Shown piece after piece: positions 9,892-19,035 of a stretch of 64,000 bases of DNA (position 1 is the first letter of the stretch; each line of letters starts with the position of its first letter). The stretch covers positions 11,415 to 75,414 of the forward strand of contig CALWVE010000024.1 of assembly GCA_944384905.1 (NCBI GenBank). Reading direction: 5' to 3'. The notes below the pieces were generated by a model, which had not been told where the DNA came from, did no database searches, and was given only the letters and a program-made list of their open reading frames with translations. The DNA is from an uncultured Clostridia bacterium (GTDB lineage Bacteria; Bacillota; Clostridia; Oscillospirales; Acutalibacteraceae). The translations under genes and the position numbers were made by a program.

Positions 9892-10767
9892 TTAAAATAT
9901 ATTCTTTGCGTCTTGGGGGAGGGTGCGTACATGCTTTAAGAAGCCATAACTGGCATGGGCTTCTTCTGTGTTGTAGCGGTATCCCCATTTTTCGCTCAGT
10001 TCACAAGCTATATCGTCGAATAATTCGCATAAGGCAAAAGCAGAATCCCAGGCTTTTTCGAGATCGGCGCCGATAAAGGTTTCGAGCAAACGGTTCCAAA
10101 CAGTTTCGGGTAGATACCGGTTCAGGTATTTGGAAGCCTTGCCGGTGGAAATACAAAAGCCGTTGTCGTTTCCCGCTTTCCAATCCAACATTTTGATCAG
10201 TTGGGGTTGGCACAACCCGTAAAAAGACTGATGAACAGCAAGCAGCTCTTTCCGCCACAGTGCTTTGGCGAGATTATTCAGACACCACCAGAATTCATTG
10301 CAGCAGGCCCAAAATTCAGGTTCAGAGGGCTTTTGAACCCAGTAATCACGGTCGGTTGGCGCATCGATTGCCGGCAAAATTCCGTCTTTATCCAATAAAA
10401 TGACGCAAAGCTTATCCGAGCGTACGTCGGCTTTTTCGCAGGGAACAACATGCAGATCCATCCGGTTCCCATCTTTAAACTGAATCAGCCAGCCGTAGCA
10501 TGCGTCAAAATCCGTGGGCAGCCCATTCCAGCGATCTACTTCGTCTGGGCATTGCATATACAATCGTTCTCCAAAACGATCGATCCAGCTTTTGTCTTCG
10601 TAAAACGGCTTATTTTGTCGCACGACATAGACGATATCGTAGTCCTGAAAAATATCCTTGGGCGCGTTCGGATTTGTCCGCGAGCCGTTCATGTAGACGG
10701 CACGAATGCGCTCGTCTTTTTCTGCTACGCCGAGGATCAGATCAAACATTTCCTGTTGTGTGCGCAA
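9892..10767 (-). CDS. ant(6): Aminoglycoside 6-nucleotidyltransferase ANT(6) (AadK/streptomycin adenylyltransferase family)
   Basis: It aligns by eye along its length with B. subtilis AadK (MRTQQEMFDLILGVAEKDERIRAVYMNGSRTNPN..FQDYDIVYVV). TTG start at 10767 with RBS aaaggggtga. Confidence 0.9.
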   Translation of the reverse strand: MRTQQEMFDLILGVAEKDERIRAVYMNGSRTNPNAPKDIFQDYDIVYVVRQNKPFYEDKSWIDRFGERLYMQCPDEVDRWNGLPTDFDACYGWLIQFKDGNRMDLHVVPCEKADVRSDKLCVILLDKDGILPAIDAPTDRDYWVQKPSEPEFWACCNEFWWCLNNLAKALWRKELLAVHQSFYGLCQPQLIKMLDWKAGNDNGFCISTGKASKYLNRYLPETVWNRLLETFIGADLEKAWDSAFALCELFDDIACELSEKWGYRYNTEEAHASYGFLKHVRTLPQDAKNIF

Positions 10768-10790
10768 ACGATCACCCCTTTTTGGGTTGC

Positions 10791-12188
10791 TTAAGATTCG
10801 GCAGCAAGATCCGGGTCTTTTGCAGATCTGTTTTCATGTTCATACACTTTGTGTTTGCGAATGTACAGCAAGTTCCAGATGGTAATGATCAACCCGCGAG
10901 CCATGCAGGTGAGCGTTACGGCCCACCAGATGCCGTCCAGTTTCAGGGGAGTAGCCGAAAGCAACAGAGCCAGCGGGACACGCAGCACATTCGATACCAC
11001 GCTCACCGCTGAAGGAATGCGGGTTTCGCCCAAGCCGTTAAAGACACCGGTAGAAGATCCTTCGATACAGGTAAACAGCTGGCATACACCCAAAATCCGT
11101 AGATAGGAAACGCCCATCGGCAAAACTTCCGCTTCTCGGATAAAGATCTGGAAAATAAATTCGGGGAAAACGATCAGCAGCAGCGTACAGATTAATCCCC
11201 AGACCAGCATCAGAATGGTTGCGGTGCGATACCCGGCCTTTACACGCGACATTTTGCCCGCACCGAAGTTCTGGCCGATAAAGGCGTTGACCGCCATGGA
11301 GAAGCCGCTTGCAACCATCCAGGAGATACTTTCCACCTGGCTGCCAACTTTTTGTACGGCAACGGCATTGGCACCCCAAGAAGCAACTATGCTGGAAATC
11401 ACCAGTGAAAGTCCGGACATAAACACGTTCTGCACGCCGATGGGAAGACCCAGTTTCCAAATCTGCTTGAGATGCCCCCAATCCGGCTTTTTAAAGACCG
11501 GAATATGTACAAAAAACCGCCGCTGCTTTTTGGAAATTACCAAAAACGAGAGCGTTACTACACCCTGTGCACCGGCCGTAGCCAGAGCGGCGCCGATCAC
11601 GCCCATCGCGGGGATCGGTCCGATACCGAAAATCAAAACAGGGTCGAAAATCAGGTTCAGAATCAGGCCCAGCGCCGTTGCCAAAAACGGCGTTTTAGAA
11701 TCGCCGATACCCGTGTAAATGCCAGTGAATACCTGGTTGATGGTGCTGAAGAAAATACCCGCCGTGCCGGTAATCAGCAGGTAAGCCACCGCATCACCGT
11801 GGATTTTGGGATCGGTAAATTGGAAAACGCCGACCATCAGCTGATGACCGAATACAACCACGGCTATACACAGCAAAATGATTGCGACACCCATCTGGAA
11901 GGCTCCAGCTGCAAAGCTGCGGGCTTTTTCCGTATCGCCTTCGCCGATCGAATGAGCTACTTTAATCTGGCCGCCCATTTTGGCCACAGAAGTACAGCTA
12001 TCGGCAATCCATAAATAAATGCCTGCCGCGCCTACAGCGGCAACGGCTCCGCTTCCCAGAATGCCGATCCAGATCATGTCGACCAGATTGTATGCCATCT
12101 GCACAAAGGCGGTCATCATGATGGGCATGGCCAGCCGGGTGAGTTTGCCGAAAATACTGCCCTCCAGCAGATTCACTTGCTTGCTCAT
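10791..12188 (-). CDS. MATE family efflux transporter
   Basis: Typical MATE N-terminus (LTRLAMPIMMTAFVQMAYNLVDMIWIG), about 12 predicted TM segments, RBS ggaaaggag. Confidence 0.9.
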   Translation of the reverse strand: MSKQVNLLEGSIFGKLTRLAMPIMMTAFVQMAYNLVDMIWIGILGSGAVAAVGAAGIYLWIADSCTSVAKMGGQIKVAHSIGEGDTEKARSFAAGAFQMGVAIILLCIAVVVFGHQLMVGVFQFTDPKIHGDAVAYLLITGTAGIFFSTINQVFTGIYTGIGDSKTPFLATALGLILNLIFDPVLIFGIGPIPAMGVIGAALATAGAQGVVTLSFLVISKKQRRFFVHIPVFKKPDWGHLKQIWKLGLPIGVQNVFMSGLSLVISSIVASWGANAVAVQKVGSQVESISWMVASGFSMAVNAFIGQNFGAGKMSRVKAGYRTATILMLVWGLICTLLLIVFPEFIFQIFIREAEVLPMGVSYLRILGVCQLFTCIEGSSTGVFNGLGETRIPSAVSVVSNVLRVPLALLLSATPLKLDGIWWAVTLTCMARGLIITIWNLLYIRKHKVYEHENRSAKDPDLAAES

Positions 12189-12427
12189 ACTCGTAGAGCT
12201 CCTTTCCCTTATTTTTGGGCGGACACAAAAAAAGACTCAAAAGCCGCAGTACCCTGCAGCTTTCAAGTCCACCGTCCACCCACTGATTCTTTTGTAATTC
12301 CATTGTATCGGCTGAAAGGGTACTTGTCAAGCGAAAGGCGAAATTTTCATAAATAAGGTTAACTTTTATGACATAGTTTTAAATTGACATAAAATATATT
12401 TATAAAATTAAATAGGACTAAAGGATA

Positions 12428-12456
12428 TGGAAAAGCTTGTGGATTTGTGTTATACT
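12428..12456 (+). promoter_or_regulatory. Putative sigma-A promoter (tggaaa-N17-tatact with TGn extended -10)
   Basis: tggaaa at 12428-12433, a 17-nt spacer ending in tgt, and tatact at 12451-12456. Confidence 0.45.
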
Positions 12457-12480
12457 ATAAACAATCGAATGAACGTTCGT

Positions 12481-12516
12481 AAAAAGTTTGACTGTTTCAG
12501 TCAAACTTTTTATTTT
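12481..12516 (+). terminator. Intrinsic-terminator-like hairpin inside the 5' leader of the 12563 gene
   Basis: 13-bp perfect stem (aaaaagtttgact / agtcaaacttttt), 5-nt loop and T-run. It lies 47 nt upstream of the start codon and about 20 nt downstream of the putative TSS. Confidence 0.6.
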
Positions 12517-12562
12517 AGGGACGTTAATTTTATTGTTAAATTATTAAGGAGGCTATGGATTC

Positions 12563-13240
12563 ATGGAAGAGAATCACGCAAGCAAAATGAGTAAGAAAGA
12601 ATTGGCCAAACGTTATGTATTGTTTATTGTGAGTCTGTTTATTTCGGCGTTGGGTGTGGCGATTACGCAGAAAAGCGCGTTAGGCGTTTCGCCTATCTCG
12701 TCGGTGGCAAATGTTTTGAGCCTTAAAATGACAGCGCTTACACTTGGCAATTGGCTGATTATTTGGAATTGCTTGTTGATTGTCGGACAAATCCTTTTGC
12801 TTCGCCGGAAGTTTCAGTGGGTTCAGCTGCTGCAGATTCCTCTTTCGTTTTTATTCGGCTATTTTACGGATTTCTGGGTTTGGGTGGTACATTTTATTCC
12901 GTTTAACGGTTATCCGGTTCAGCTGACGATGGTCGTGGTAGGAACATTGATTCTGGCGTTTGGTATTTCGCTTTCGGTGGTGGCCAATGTGGTGATGAAT
13001 TCAGGAGAAGCTTTTGTTAAGGCTGTTTCAGATATCACAAAAATGAATTTCGGCAACCTGAAAGTGGCTTTTGATGTTACTTGTATGGTAACCGCTGTGA
13101 TTTTGTCGCTGGTGTTTTTTGAATTACAGATTTACGGAACCCGTGAAGGTACAATTATTGCAGCGCTGTTGACGGGCTTGTTTGTGAAATTGATTTTAAA
13201 GGGTATTCACCAGCCGGTCAGCCGCCTGATTACAGCTTAA
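12563..13240 (+). CDS. Integral membrane protein, YczE/YitT-like (DUF6198-type)
   Basis: RBS aaggagg is 9 nt upstream. It has about 6 TM helices and an N-terminal pattern (RYVLFIVSLFISALGVAI...LGVSPISS) recalled for this family. Confidence 0.65.
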   Translation: MEENHASKMSKKELAKRYVLFIVSLFISALGVAITQKSALGVSPISSVANVLSLKMTALTLGNWLIIWNCLLIVGQILLLRRKFQWVQLLQIPLSFLFGYFTDFWVWVVHFIPFNGYPVQLTMVVVGTLILAFGISLSVVANVVMNSGEAFVKAVSDITKMNFGNLKVAFDVTCMVTAVILSLVFFELQIYGTREGTIIAALLTGLFVKLILKGIHQPVSRLITA

Positions 13241-13246
13241 GTACTT

Positions 13247-13283
13247 AAACCCGTTTGAGTGTTTGAACTCAAACGGGATTTTT
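13247..13283 (+). terminator. Rho-independent terminator
   Basis: Stem aaacccgtttgagt / actcaaacggg followed by attttt. Confidence 0.7.
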
Positions 13284-13362
13284 ACTGTCAAAATATAGTA
13301 GATACGAATTGATTCCATAAATGATGCATGTTATAATTGAGCAAAACTCAAAGGAGAACGAA

Positions 13363-13839
13363 ATGGCGACACTGCATTTGATGGTTGGACTGCCCGGCAG
13401 CGGCAAAACAACGGAAGCTACCCGACTCGCGGAGCAATACCATGCGCTGCGCTTGACGCCGGATGAGTGGCAGTATCACTTGTTTGGTAACGATTTTGTG
13501 CCGGACGGTGACCATGCCGAACACGACAGGCGACATACGCAGATCGAAGAGCTGATGTGGAAAACGGCGCAGGAAGTGCTGCGGCTCGGGGTAGATGTGA
13601 TTTTGGATTACGGCTTTTGGGCGCGGGAAGAGCGCGATGCCCTGCGCGCCGAGGCGAAAAAACTGGGCGTAGGCTTTCAGATTCATTATATGGCCTGTTC
13701 GGAAGAAGAACTGTGGCGACGGTTGCAACTGCGCAACGAACGCGCCGGAAAAACACCGGTTTTCCGTGTCAGTCGGGAAAATCTCAGCGAATGGGCATCC
13801 ATTTTCCAGCCGCCCACGCAAGACGAGCTAGACGGCTGA
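13363..13839 (+). CDS. P-loop kinase/ATP-binding protein (AAA_33-like)
   Basis: Walker A GLPGSGKTT close to the N-terminus. Start chosen at ATG 13363, behind RBS aaaggag. Confidence 0.7.
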   Translation: MATLHLMVGLPGSGKTTEATRLAEQYHALRLTPDEWQYHLFGNDFVPDGDHAEHDRRHTQIEELMWKTAQEVLRLGVDVILDYGFWAREERDALRAEAKKLGVGFQIHYMACSEEELWRRLQLRNERAGKTPVFRVSRENLSEWASIFQPPTQDELDG

Positions 13840-13866
13840 AAATCAATGGAGAGGGAGGAACTTCAG

Positions 13867-14304
13867 ATGGGTACTATTCCAATGGAGGCACAGGAAATTT
13901 TGAAGGAACGCTTCGGGCATGATACGCTGCTTTCTTTGGCCACTGTGGACGGCGATCAGCCGTTTGTCCGTACGGTGAACGCCTATTATGAGGACGGCGC
14001 GTTCTATGTGATTACGCACGGACTTTCCAATAAAATGAAGCAGATTGCAAAAAATCCGCGTGTGGCGGTTTCTGGCGACTGGTTCACGGCACAGGGCGTC
14101 GGGGTCAATCTGGGCTATTTCGGCAAGGCGGAAAACCGGGAATTGGCCGAAACATTGCGCCGGGCTTTTGCTGAATGGATCGATAACGGACACAACGATT
14201 TTTCGAATGAAAACACCTGTATTCTCTGTGTTCGGCTGACGCATGGTGTGCTTTTTTCGCATGGCACGCGCTATGATCTTGATTTCACAGGTGAGGAGGA
14301 ATAA
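13867..14304 (+). CDS. Pyridoxamine 5'-phosphate oxidase-fold (FMN-binding split barrel) family protein
   Basis: LSLATVDGDQPFVRTVNAYYEDGAFYVITH...NPRVAVSG is the typical PNPOx-like/general stress protein 26 pattern. ATG 13867 sits behind gggagg. An in-frame ATG at 13846 is also possible. Confidence 0.7.
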   Translation: MGTIPMEAQEILKERFGHDTLLSLATVDGDQPFVRTVNAYYEDGAFYVITHGLSNKMKQIAKNPRVAVSGDWFTAQGVGVNLGYFGKAENRELAETLRRAFAEWIDNGHNDFSNENTCILCVRLTHGVLFSHGTRYDLDFTGEEE

Positions 14305-14306
14305 AT

Positions 14307-14768
14307 ATGGAACGGATTGAAAAAATTCGGCTTTGTGTGGCGGCGCGTTTTTCGGACTCGATGAGTCCGGAAGTAAAATGCCAAATGACGGAGCATATAT
14401 TGGGCGTCTCGCAGTTTTGCGGTCTTCTCGCGATGAAACGCGGCCAGCCGGTCGAGCTTGCGATGATCGCTGGCCTGCTGCACGATCTCTATACCTGTGT
14501 AACGTTGGAAAGTAAGGAACACGCCGCGAAAGGCGCGTTGATGGCGCGGGAACTATTAAGCGATTTGCAGCTATTTACACAGGCGGAAATCGACACAATT
14601 GCAACGGCGATTGAACACCATAGCTCTAAAGGAGCCAGGCACGACGCTTTTGACGAGGTGCTCAAGGATGCCGATGTTTTGCAGCATAGTTTTCAGCCGC
14701 CGCTGTTTGCAGTAGCCGATCACGAAAAAGAGCGCTATGCTTCGCTGAAAGTGGAGCTGGGTTTATAA
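14307..14768 (+). CDS. HD-domain phosphohydrolase-like protein
   Basis: H...HD signature (GLLHDLYT) with downstream His residues (IEHHSSKG...DADVLQH). RBS gaggagga. Confidence 0.7.
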   Translation: MERIEKIRLCVAARFSDSMSPEVKCQMTEHILGVSQFCGLLAMKRGQPVELAMIAGLLHDLYTCVTLESKEHAAKGALMARELLSDLQLFTQAEIDTIATAIEHHSSKGARHDAFDEVLKDADVLQHSFQPPLFAVADHEKERYASLKVELGL

Positions 14769-14775
14769 TTTATCG

Positions 14776-14806
14776 ATCCCGTCTTTTCAGGAGACGGGAT
14801 TTTTTA
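14776..14806 (+). terminator. Rho-independent terminator
   Basis: Stem atcccgtct / agacgggat followed by ttttt. Confidence 0.75.
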
Positions 14807-14927
14807 TTTGCCGCTCCCTTAAATAGGGAAAATGAAAGACTGGACGGTATCTTTCAAAAATTGTATAATATAATAATAAATATACGGACGCACAATTGAT
14901 TGAATTTTACAAAAGGAGGCTGGCTGC

Positions 14928-16553
14928 ATGAATGAAGCGCTCTTACTGATCGGCGTGGTGATCCTGATCTGTATCCTGATGAATCGATTTTTGGAAAAAA
15001 TTCCGGTACCCTCTCTATTGATTTTCATTGCGCTGGGCATGTGTTTTGGTGAAAACGGCCTGTTTCGGATCGTGTTCAACGACTACGCAGCGGTGAATCT
15101 CATCTGTTCCGCCTGTCTGATTTTTATCATGTTTTACGGCGGATTCGGCACCAATCTGCGGGCGGCCCGGCCTGTGATGGCACAGTCGGTGGTGCTTTCA
15201 ACGTTGGGTGTAGCGGGGACGGCGGGGATCGTGGCGGTTTTTGCACATTTTGCACTGCGCCTTCCGTGGCTGGAAAGCCTGTTGATCGGTTCCGTTATTT
15301 CATCGACGGACGCTGCCTCGGTTTTTAATATTTTGCGTTCCAACAAGCTGGCGCTTAAATACCATACGGACTCGCTGCTCGAGGTTGAATCCGGCTCGAA
15401 CGACCCGATGTCGTATATGCTGACGTCCGTTACACTTTCTTTGATGGCTGGGGAAGGCGTTTCCATCCCGCTTCTTCTGCTTCAGCAGATCAGCCTGGGT
15501 GTTCTGGGCGGCGTTGCTATTGGGTTTGTAGCGGTGTGGCTTCTAAAACGAAATGTTTTGAATTCCCAGCAGGCGCGGACAATTTTTCTGTTTTCGGTGA
15601 TGCTGCTCGCTTATGCGCTGCCTTCGTTTTTTGGCGGCAACGGATATCTGGGCGTTTATCTATGCGGCATTCTGTTGGGAAATGCGAATCTTTCCTCCAA
15701 AACGTACCTTGTCCATTTTTTCGATGTGATGACCAATGTGTCGCAGGTTGTTATTTTCTTTTTACTTGGGCTTTTGGTTACGCCGGTCGATCTTCCGGTT
15801 GTTATCCTGCCCGCGCTGGCCATCATGCTTTTCCTCACCTTTGTGGGGAGGCCGGTGGTAACGGCCATTTTGCTGGCACCGTTTCGGGCACCGTTGCGGC
15901 AGATCGGTATGGTCTCGTGGGCGGGGCTTCGCGGCGTTGCTTCAGTTGTGTTTGCTATTTCAGCCGTTTTAAGCGGCACGCAGATGCGGTATGATCTATA
16001 TAATCTTGTCTTTTGTATTGTTTTGTTCTCGATTTCCGTTCAGGGCGCACTGCTTTCAAAGGTGGCGAAAAAACTTGGCATGATCGATCCCAACGAAGAC
16101 ATTGGTAAAACATTCAACGATTATCAGGAAGAAAGTGATATTCAGTTTATCAAACTGCACCTGAACCCGGGGCATCCCTGGTGTGGGCATACGCTTAGCG
16201 AATTTTCCTTTCCCTCCGATTTGCGCGTGGCTATGATTGCACGCGATCAAATAACGATTGTCCCCGATGGCAACACGCGGCTTAAGGCCGGAGATCTGTT
16301 GGTTTTGGCCGCACGCGCCTTTGAAGATCGAGAAAATCTCTCTTTGCAGGAGTTTGTTGTCGAGCGCAAGGGAAAGTGGGTAAACATGCCGCTGTGCGAT
16401 ATACCGATCCCAAACCGTCGAATGGTTATCTTGATTAAGCGCGGAATGGAAACGGTGATTCCTACGGGGGATACCGTGATTCGGCCGGGGGATGTATTGA
16501 TTCTCGCAGAGTCTGCTCCTGTTTCTCATTCGGAACAAGAATCAAAAAAGTAA
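14928..16553 (+). CDS. K+/H+ (cation/proton) antiporter, CPA1 NhaP2/CvrA-like with C-terminal TrkA-C (RCK_C) domain
   Basis: The N-terminal part has multiple TM segments with the SGSNDPMS motif. The C-terminal soluble region has the RCK_C-like pattern (AGDLLVLAAR...PGDVLILAE). Confidence 0.85.
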   Translation: MNEALLLIGVVILICILMNRFLEKIPVPSLLIFIALGMCFGENGLFRIVFNDYAAVNLICSACLIFIMFYGGFGTNLRAARPVMAQSVVLSTLGVAGTAGIVAVFAHFALRLPWLESLLIGSVISSTDAASVFNILRSNKLALKYHTDSLLEVESGSNDPMSYMLTSVTLSLMAGEGVSIPLLLLQQISLGVLGGVAIGFVAVWLLKRNVLNSQQARTIFLFSVMLLAYALPSFFGGNGYLGVYLCGILLGNANLSSKTYLVHFFDVMTNVSQVVIFFLLGLLVTPVDLPVVILPALAIMLFLTFVGRPVVTAILLAPFRAPLRQIGMVSWAGLRGVASVVFAISAVLSGTQMRYDLYNLVFCIVLFSISVQGALLSKVAKKLGMIDPNEDIGKTFNDYQEESDIQFIKLHLNPGHPWCGHTLSEFSFPSDLRVAMIARDQITIVPDGNTRLKAGDLLVLAARAFEDRENLSLQEFVVERKGKWVNMPLCDIPIPNRRMVILIKRGMETVIPTGDTVIRPGDVLILAESAPVSHSEQESKK

Positions 16554-16562
16554 AATTGGTTG

Positions 16563-16597
16563 CAAAAAATCCTGCCTTTTTGAGGCAGGATTTTTGC
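16563..16597. terminator. Bidirectional terminator between convergent genes
   Basis: Stem aaaaatcctgcc / ggcaggattttt. Confidence 0.75.
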
Positions 16598-16599
16598 AT

Positions 16600-17154
16600 T
16601 TAAGCGTGTTTGATGCCGTATAGTCCGGTGCTGGAATCGCGGAAAAGCGGGATTTTCGGCGGGAAAAACGTGAAAATCATGAAAGCCAGCACGATCACAG
16701 CAAAGAGAACCAGAACGAACATCATGGAAAGGCCGCCGCCGTGCCGGTAAACATGCAGGCCCATCAGTTGACCCAACAGCAAAGAGGCAAACAACAGAGC
16801 AATATCCACCCATAAAAGTTCCACCCCGAACGCCTGCGTATAAAAATAAAAGACCAGCGGAATGGTAAGCAGAGCCGTCATCAGGGATGCCAAAGCGCCG
16901 GTAAACCACGCGTCGGCCTGGATGTTTTGTGTCTGGCCGGGGCCGATGTAATAAAGCGACCACCACAAAATGATAGGCCATACCACCATTTTGCAGTGTT
17001 CCCATACGCTTTCGTTCACGGGCGAAACGAGCCCGACGAGCGGATTTTTCCACAACAGGTCATAGGTGAGGTGCAAAACTGTGCCGATGATAAACAGAAT
17101 GGGGATGCCTTTGAGAATCCATTTTTCCGGGCCGGTAAAAGCGGAACCGATCAT
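16600..17154 (-). CDS. Small integral membrane protein (DUF6512-like)
   Basis: Start taken at MIGSAFTG (ATG 17154-17152), behind RBS aaggagg. It is hydrophobic with 5-6 TM segments. The longer tracked ORF upstream is Arg-rich non-coding-looking sequence. Confidence 0.6.
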   Translation of the reverse strand: MIGSAFTGPEKWILKGIPILFIIGTVLHLTYDLLWKNPLVGLVSPVNESVWEHCKMVVWPIILWWSLYYIGPGQTQNIQADAWFTGALASLMTALLTIPLVFYFYTQAFGVELLWVDIALLFASLLLGQLMGLHVYRHGGGLSMMFVLVLFAVIVLAFMIFTFFPPKIPLFRDSSTGLYGIKHA

Positions 17155-17233
17155 GATGCGCCTCCTTTGCGTTTCTGTAGCCAGTATATGGGAACGCAAA
17201 GCGCGGAATGTGTCGTACGGCGCCGCCGCAGAA

Positions 17234-17268
17234 GAAAATTCCCGCCTGCCGGTTGGCAGACGGGAATT
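17234..17268 (-). terminator. Rho-independent terminator after the isomerase-like gene
   Basis: Stem aattcccgtctgcc / ggcaggcgggaatt (minus strand) followed by ttttcttc. Confidence 0.7.
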
Positions 17269-17282
17269 GATGTTTTTTAAGA

Positions 17283-18776
17283 TTAGGCAAACGGATTTTC
17301 CGTTTTGTAGGGCAGGGACTTCGGCTGGTTGTAAGCGATGTCTTCCACGCCCAGATACTGGAAGATCGTGAACAGCGCCTTGCCGCAGTGGCCAAAAGCA
17401 ACTGCGCCGTGGTGCGGATAGCGCTTGGCGATCAGCACATGGCGATAGAAGCGGCCCATTTCCGGAATGGCGAATACGCCGATGCCGCCGAAGGAACGGG
17501 TTGCCACGGGGAGCACTTCGCCCTGAGCGATGTAAGCATGCAGCGTGGTATCGGCTGCGCTCTGCAGACGGAAGAAGGTGATGTCGCCGGGAGCGATGTC
17601 GCCTTCGAGCGTGCCGCGGGTGAAATCGGGTTCGCTGTCTTTGGGCTCGAGCAGACGGTGCTGGATCAGCTGATATTGAATACCGCAGCCGTCGCACAGG
17701 CGGCAGAACGGAGTGTTGCCGCAGTGGAAGCCCATAAACGTATCGGTGAGGGCATAGGGGGTCTTGCCCTTGATTTCGGCGTCATACATATCCTGCGGGA
17801 CGGAGTTGTTGATGTCGAGCAGGGTAACGGGAGCACCGGTTACGCAGGTGCCGATGTATTCGCTCACAGCGCCGTAAATATCCACTTCGCAGGCCACCGG
17901 AATACCGCGGGAAGCGAGGCGGGAGTTGACATAGCAGGGTTCAAAGCCGAACTGTTCCGGGAAAGCCGGCCAGCACTTATCGGCAAACACCACATAGTCG
18001 CGGGCGCCCTTGTGGGCTTCGGCCCAGTCGAGCAGGGTCAGTTCAAACTGAGCCATACGCTCGAGCAGGTCGGGGTAACGGTTGCCCTTACCCAGTTCGG
18101 CAGCCATATCGGCTACAACTTCGGGGATGCGCTTGTCGCCGGCGTGCTGCTTGTAAGCAACCAGCAGGTCGAGTTCGCTGTTTTCTTCAATTTCGATGCC
18201 CAGGTCATACAGCGCCTTGATAGGAGCGTTGCAGGCGAAGAAGTCCTGCGGACGGGGGCCGAAGGTGATAACTTTCAGGCTGGAAAGACCGATCAGCGTG
18301 CGGGCGACCGGAACAAAGTCTTCGATCATGCCGGCAATGTCTTCGGCGGTGCCCACCGGATATTCCGGGATCACAGCCTGGAGCTTGCGCAGACCGAGGT
18401 TATAGGAACAGTTGAGCATACCGCAGTAAGCATCGCCGCGGCCGTTGATCAGGTCGTTCATGGTTTCTTCGGCGGCAGCGGCATACATAACCGGGCCGTC
18501 AAAGTATTTGGCGATCAGCGTTTCGGGCGTTTCGGGGCCGAAGTTGCCCAGGAAAACAACCAGCGCATTGCAGCCGGCGGCCTTGGCTTCGTCAACTGCT
18601 TTGAGCATGTCTTTTTCATTTTCCACCGTAGTGGTGATTTCGGTGATGTTGATGTTTTTGGCACCGCAGGCGTCCATAATCTTCTTGCGGCGGGATTCCG
18701 AGAGGGAGATCACAAAGCAGTCACGGCTGACGGCGATCAGGCCGAGCTTGACCTCGGGAATATTTTTCATGTCCAA
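17283..18776 (-). CDS. L-fucose/L-arabinose isomerase family protein
   Basis: Size (497 aa) and N-terminal pattern (KLGLIAVSRDCF...ALVVFLGNFGPE) are typical of the FucI-like family as recalled. No paired kinase or aldolase is adjacent. Confidence 0.7.
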   Translation of the reverse strand: MDMKNIPEVKLGLIAVSRDCFVISLSESRRKKIMDACGAKNINITEITTTVENEKDMLKAVDEAKAAGCNALVVFLGNFGPETPETLIAKYFDGPVMYAAAAEETMNDLINGRGDAYCGMLNCSYNLGLRKLQAVIPEYPVGTAEDIAGMIEDFVPVARTLIGLSSLKVITFGPRPQDFFACNAPIKALYDLGIEIEENSELDLLVAYKQHAGDKRIPEVVADMAAELGKGNRYPDLLERMAQFELTLLDWAEAHKGARDYVVFADKCWPAFPEQFGFEPCYVNSRLASRGIPVACEVDIYGAVSEYIGTCVTGAPVTLLDINNSVPQDMYDAEIKGKTPYALTDTFMGFHCGNTPFCRLCDGCGIQYQLIQHRLLEPKDSEPDFTRGTLEGDIAPGDITFFRLQSAADTTLHAYIAQGEVLPVATRSFGGIGVFAIPEMGRFYRHVLIAKRYPHHGAVAFGHCGKALFTIFQYLGVEDIAYNQPKSLPYKTENPFA

Positions 18777-19035
18777 TCCTCCATTATCATTTGTTTCCGA
18801 TTAAAGCTGTACAGACAACTTCTGGTTTGATTATAATCCACCTGCCTGCAAAAAGCAAGCACAAAATCATCGTAACGGCTTTTTTCAGATGTACCCAAAC
18901 GCCTGTTTTGCGATTTGAGAATAAAATACTTTTGATTGACGTGCAATCGGGAGATTGCTATAATAAAAACAAAGAAAAATCCTTTCCGCCAAGCGGAGAA
19001 AGGGAACATATTTCAAATAAAACAGGAGGATGTAC

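Noticed and set aside
14808-14927. Possible c-di-AMP (ydaO/kimA-type) riboswitch upstream of the K+/H+ antiporter.
   Set aside because: The spacer is only about 120 nt and is mostly a promoter (tgtataat extended -10) and RBS. It has none of the pseudo-two-fold ACGGGGA/CCCA-type conserved segments.
16600-17697. Long N-terminal extensions of tracked ORFs: 16600-17697, 21459-22550, 39401-41143, 62170-62796, 20196-21230, 35682-36422, 34958-35764 and 30503-31507.
   Set aside because: The extensions are Arg/Pro-rich or overlap the upstream gene or terminator. Internal ATG/GTG codons with good Shine-Dalgarno sequences coincide with the N-termini expected from homologues. Shorter coordinates were therefore reported.
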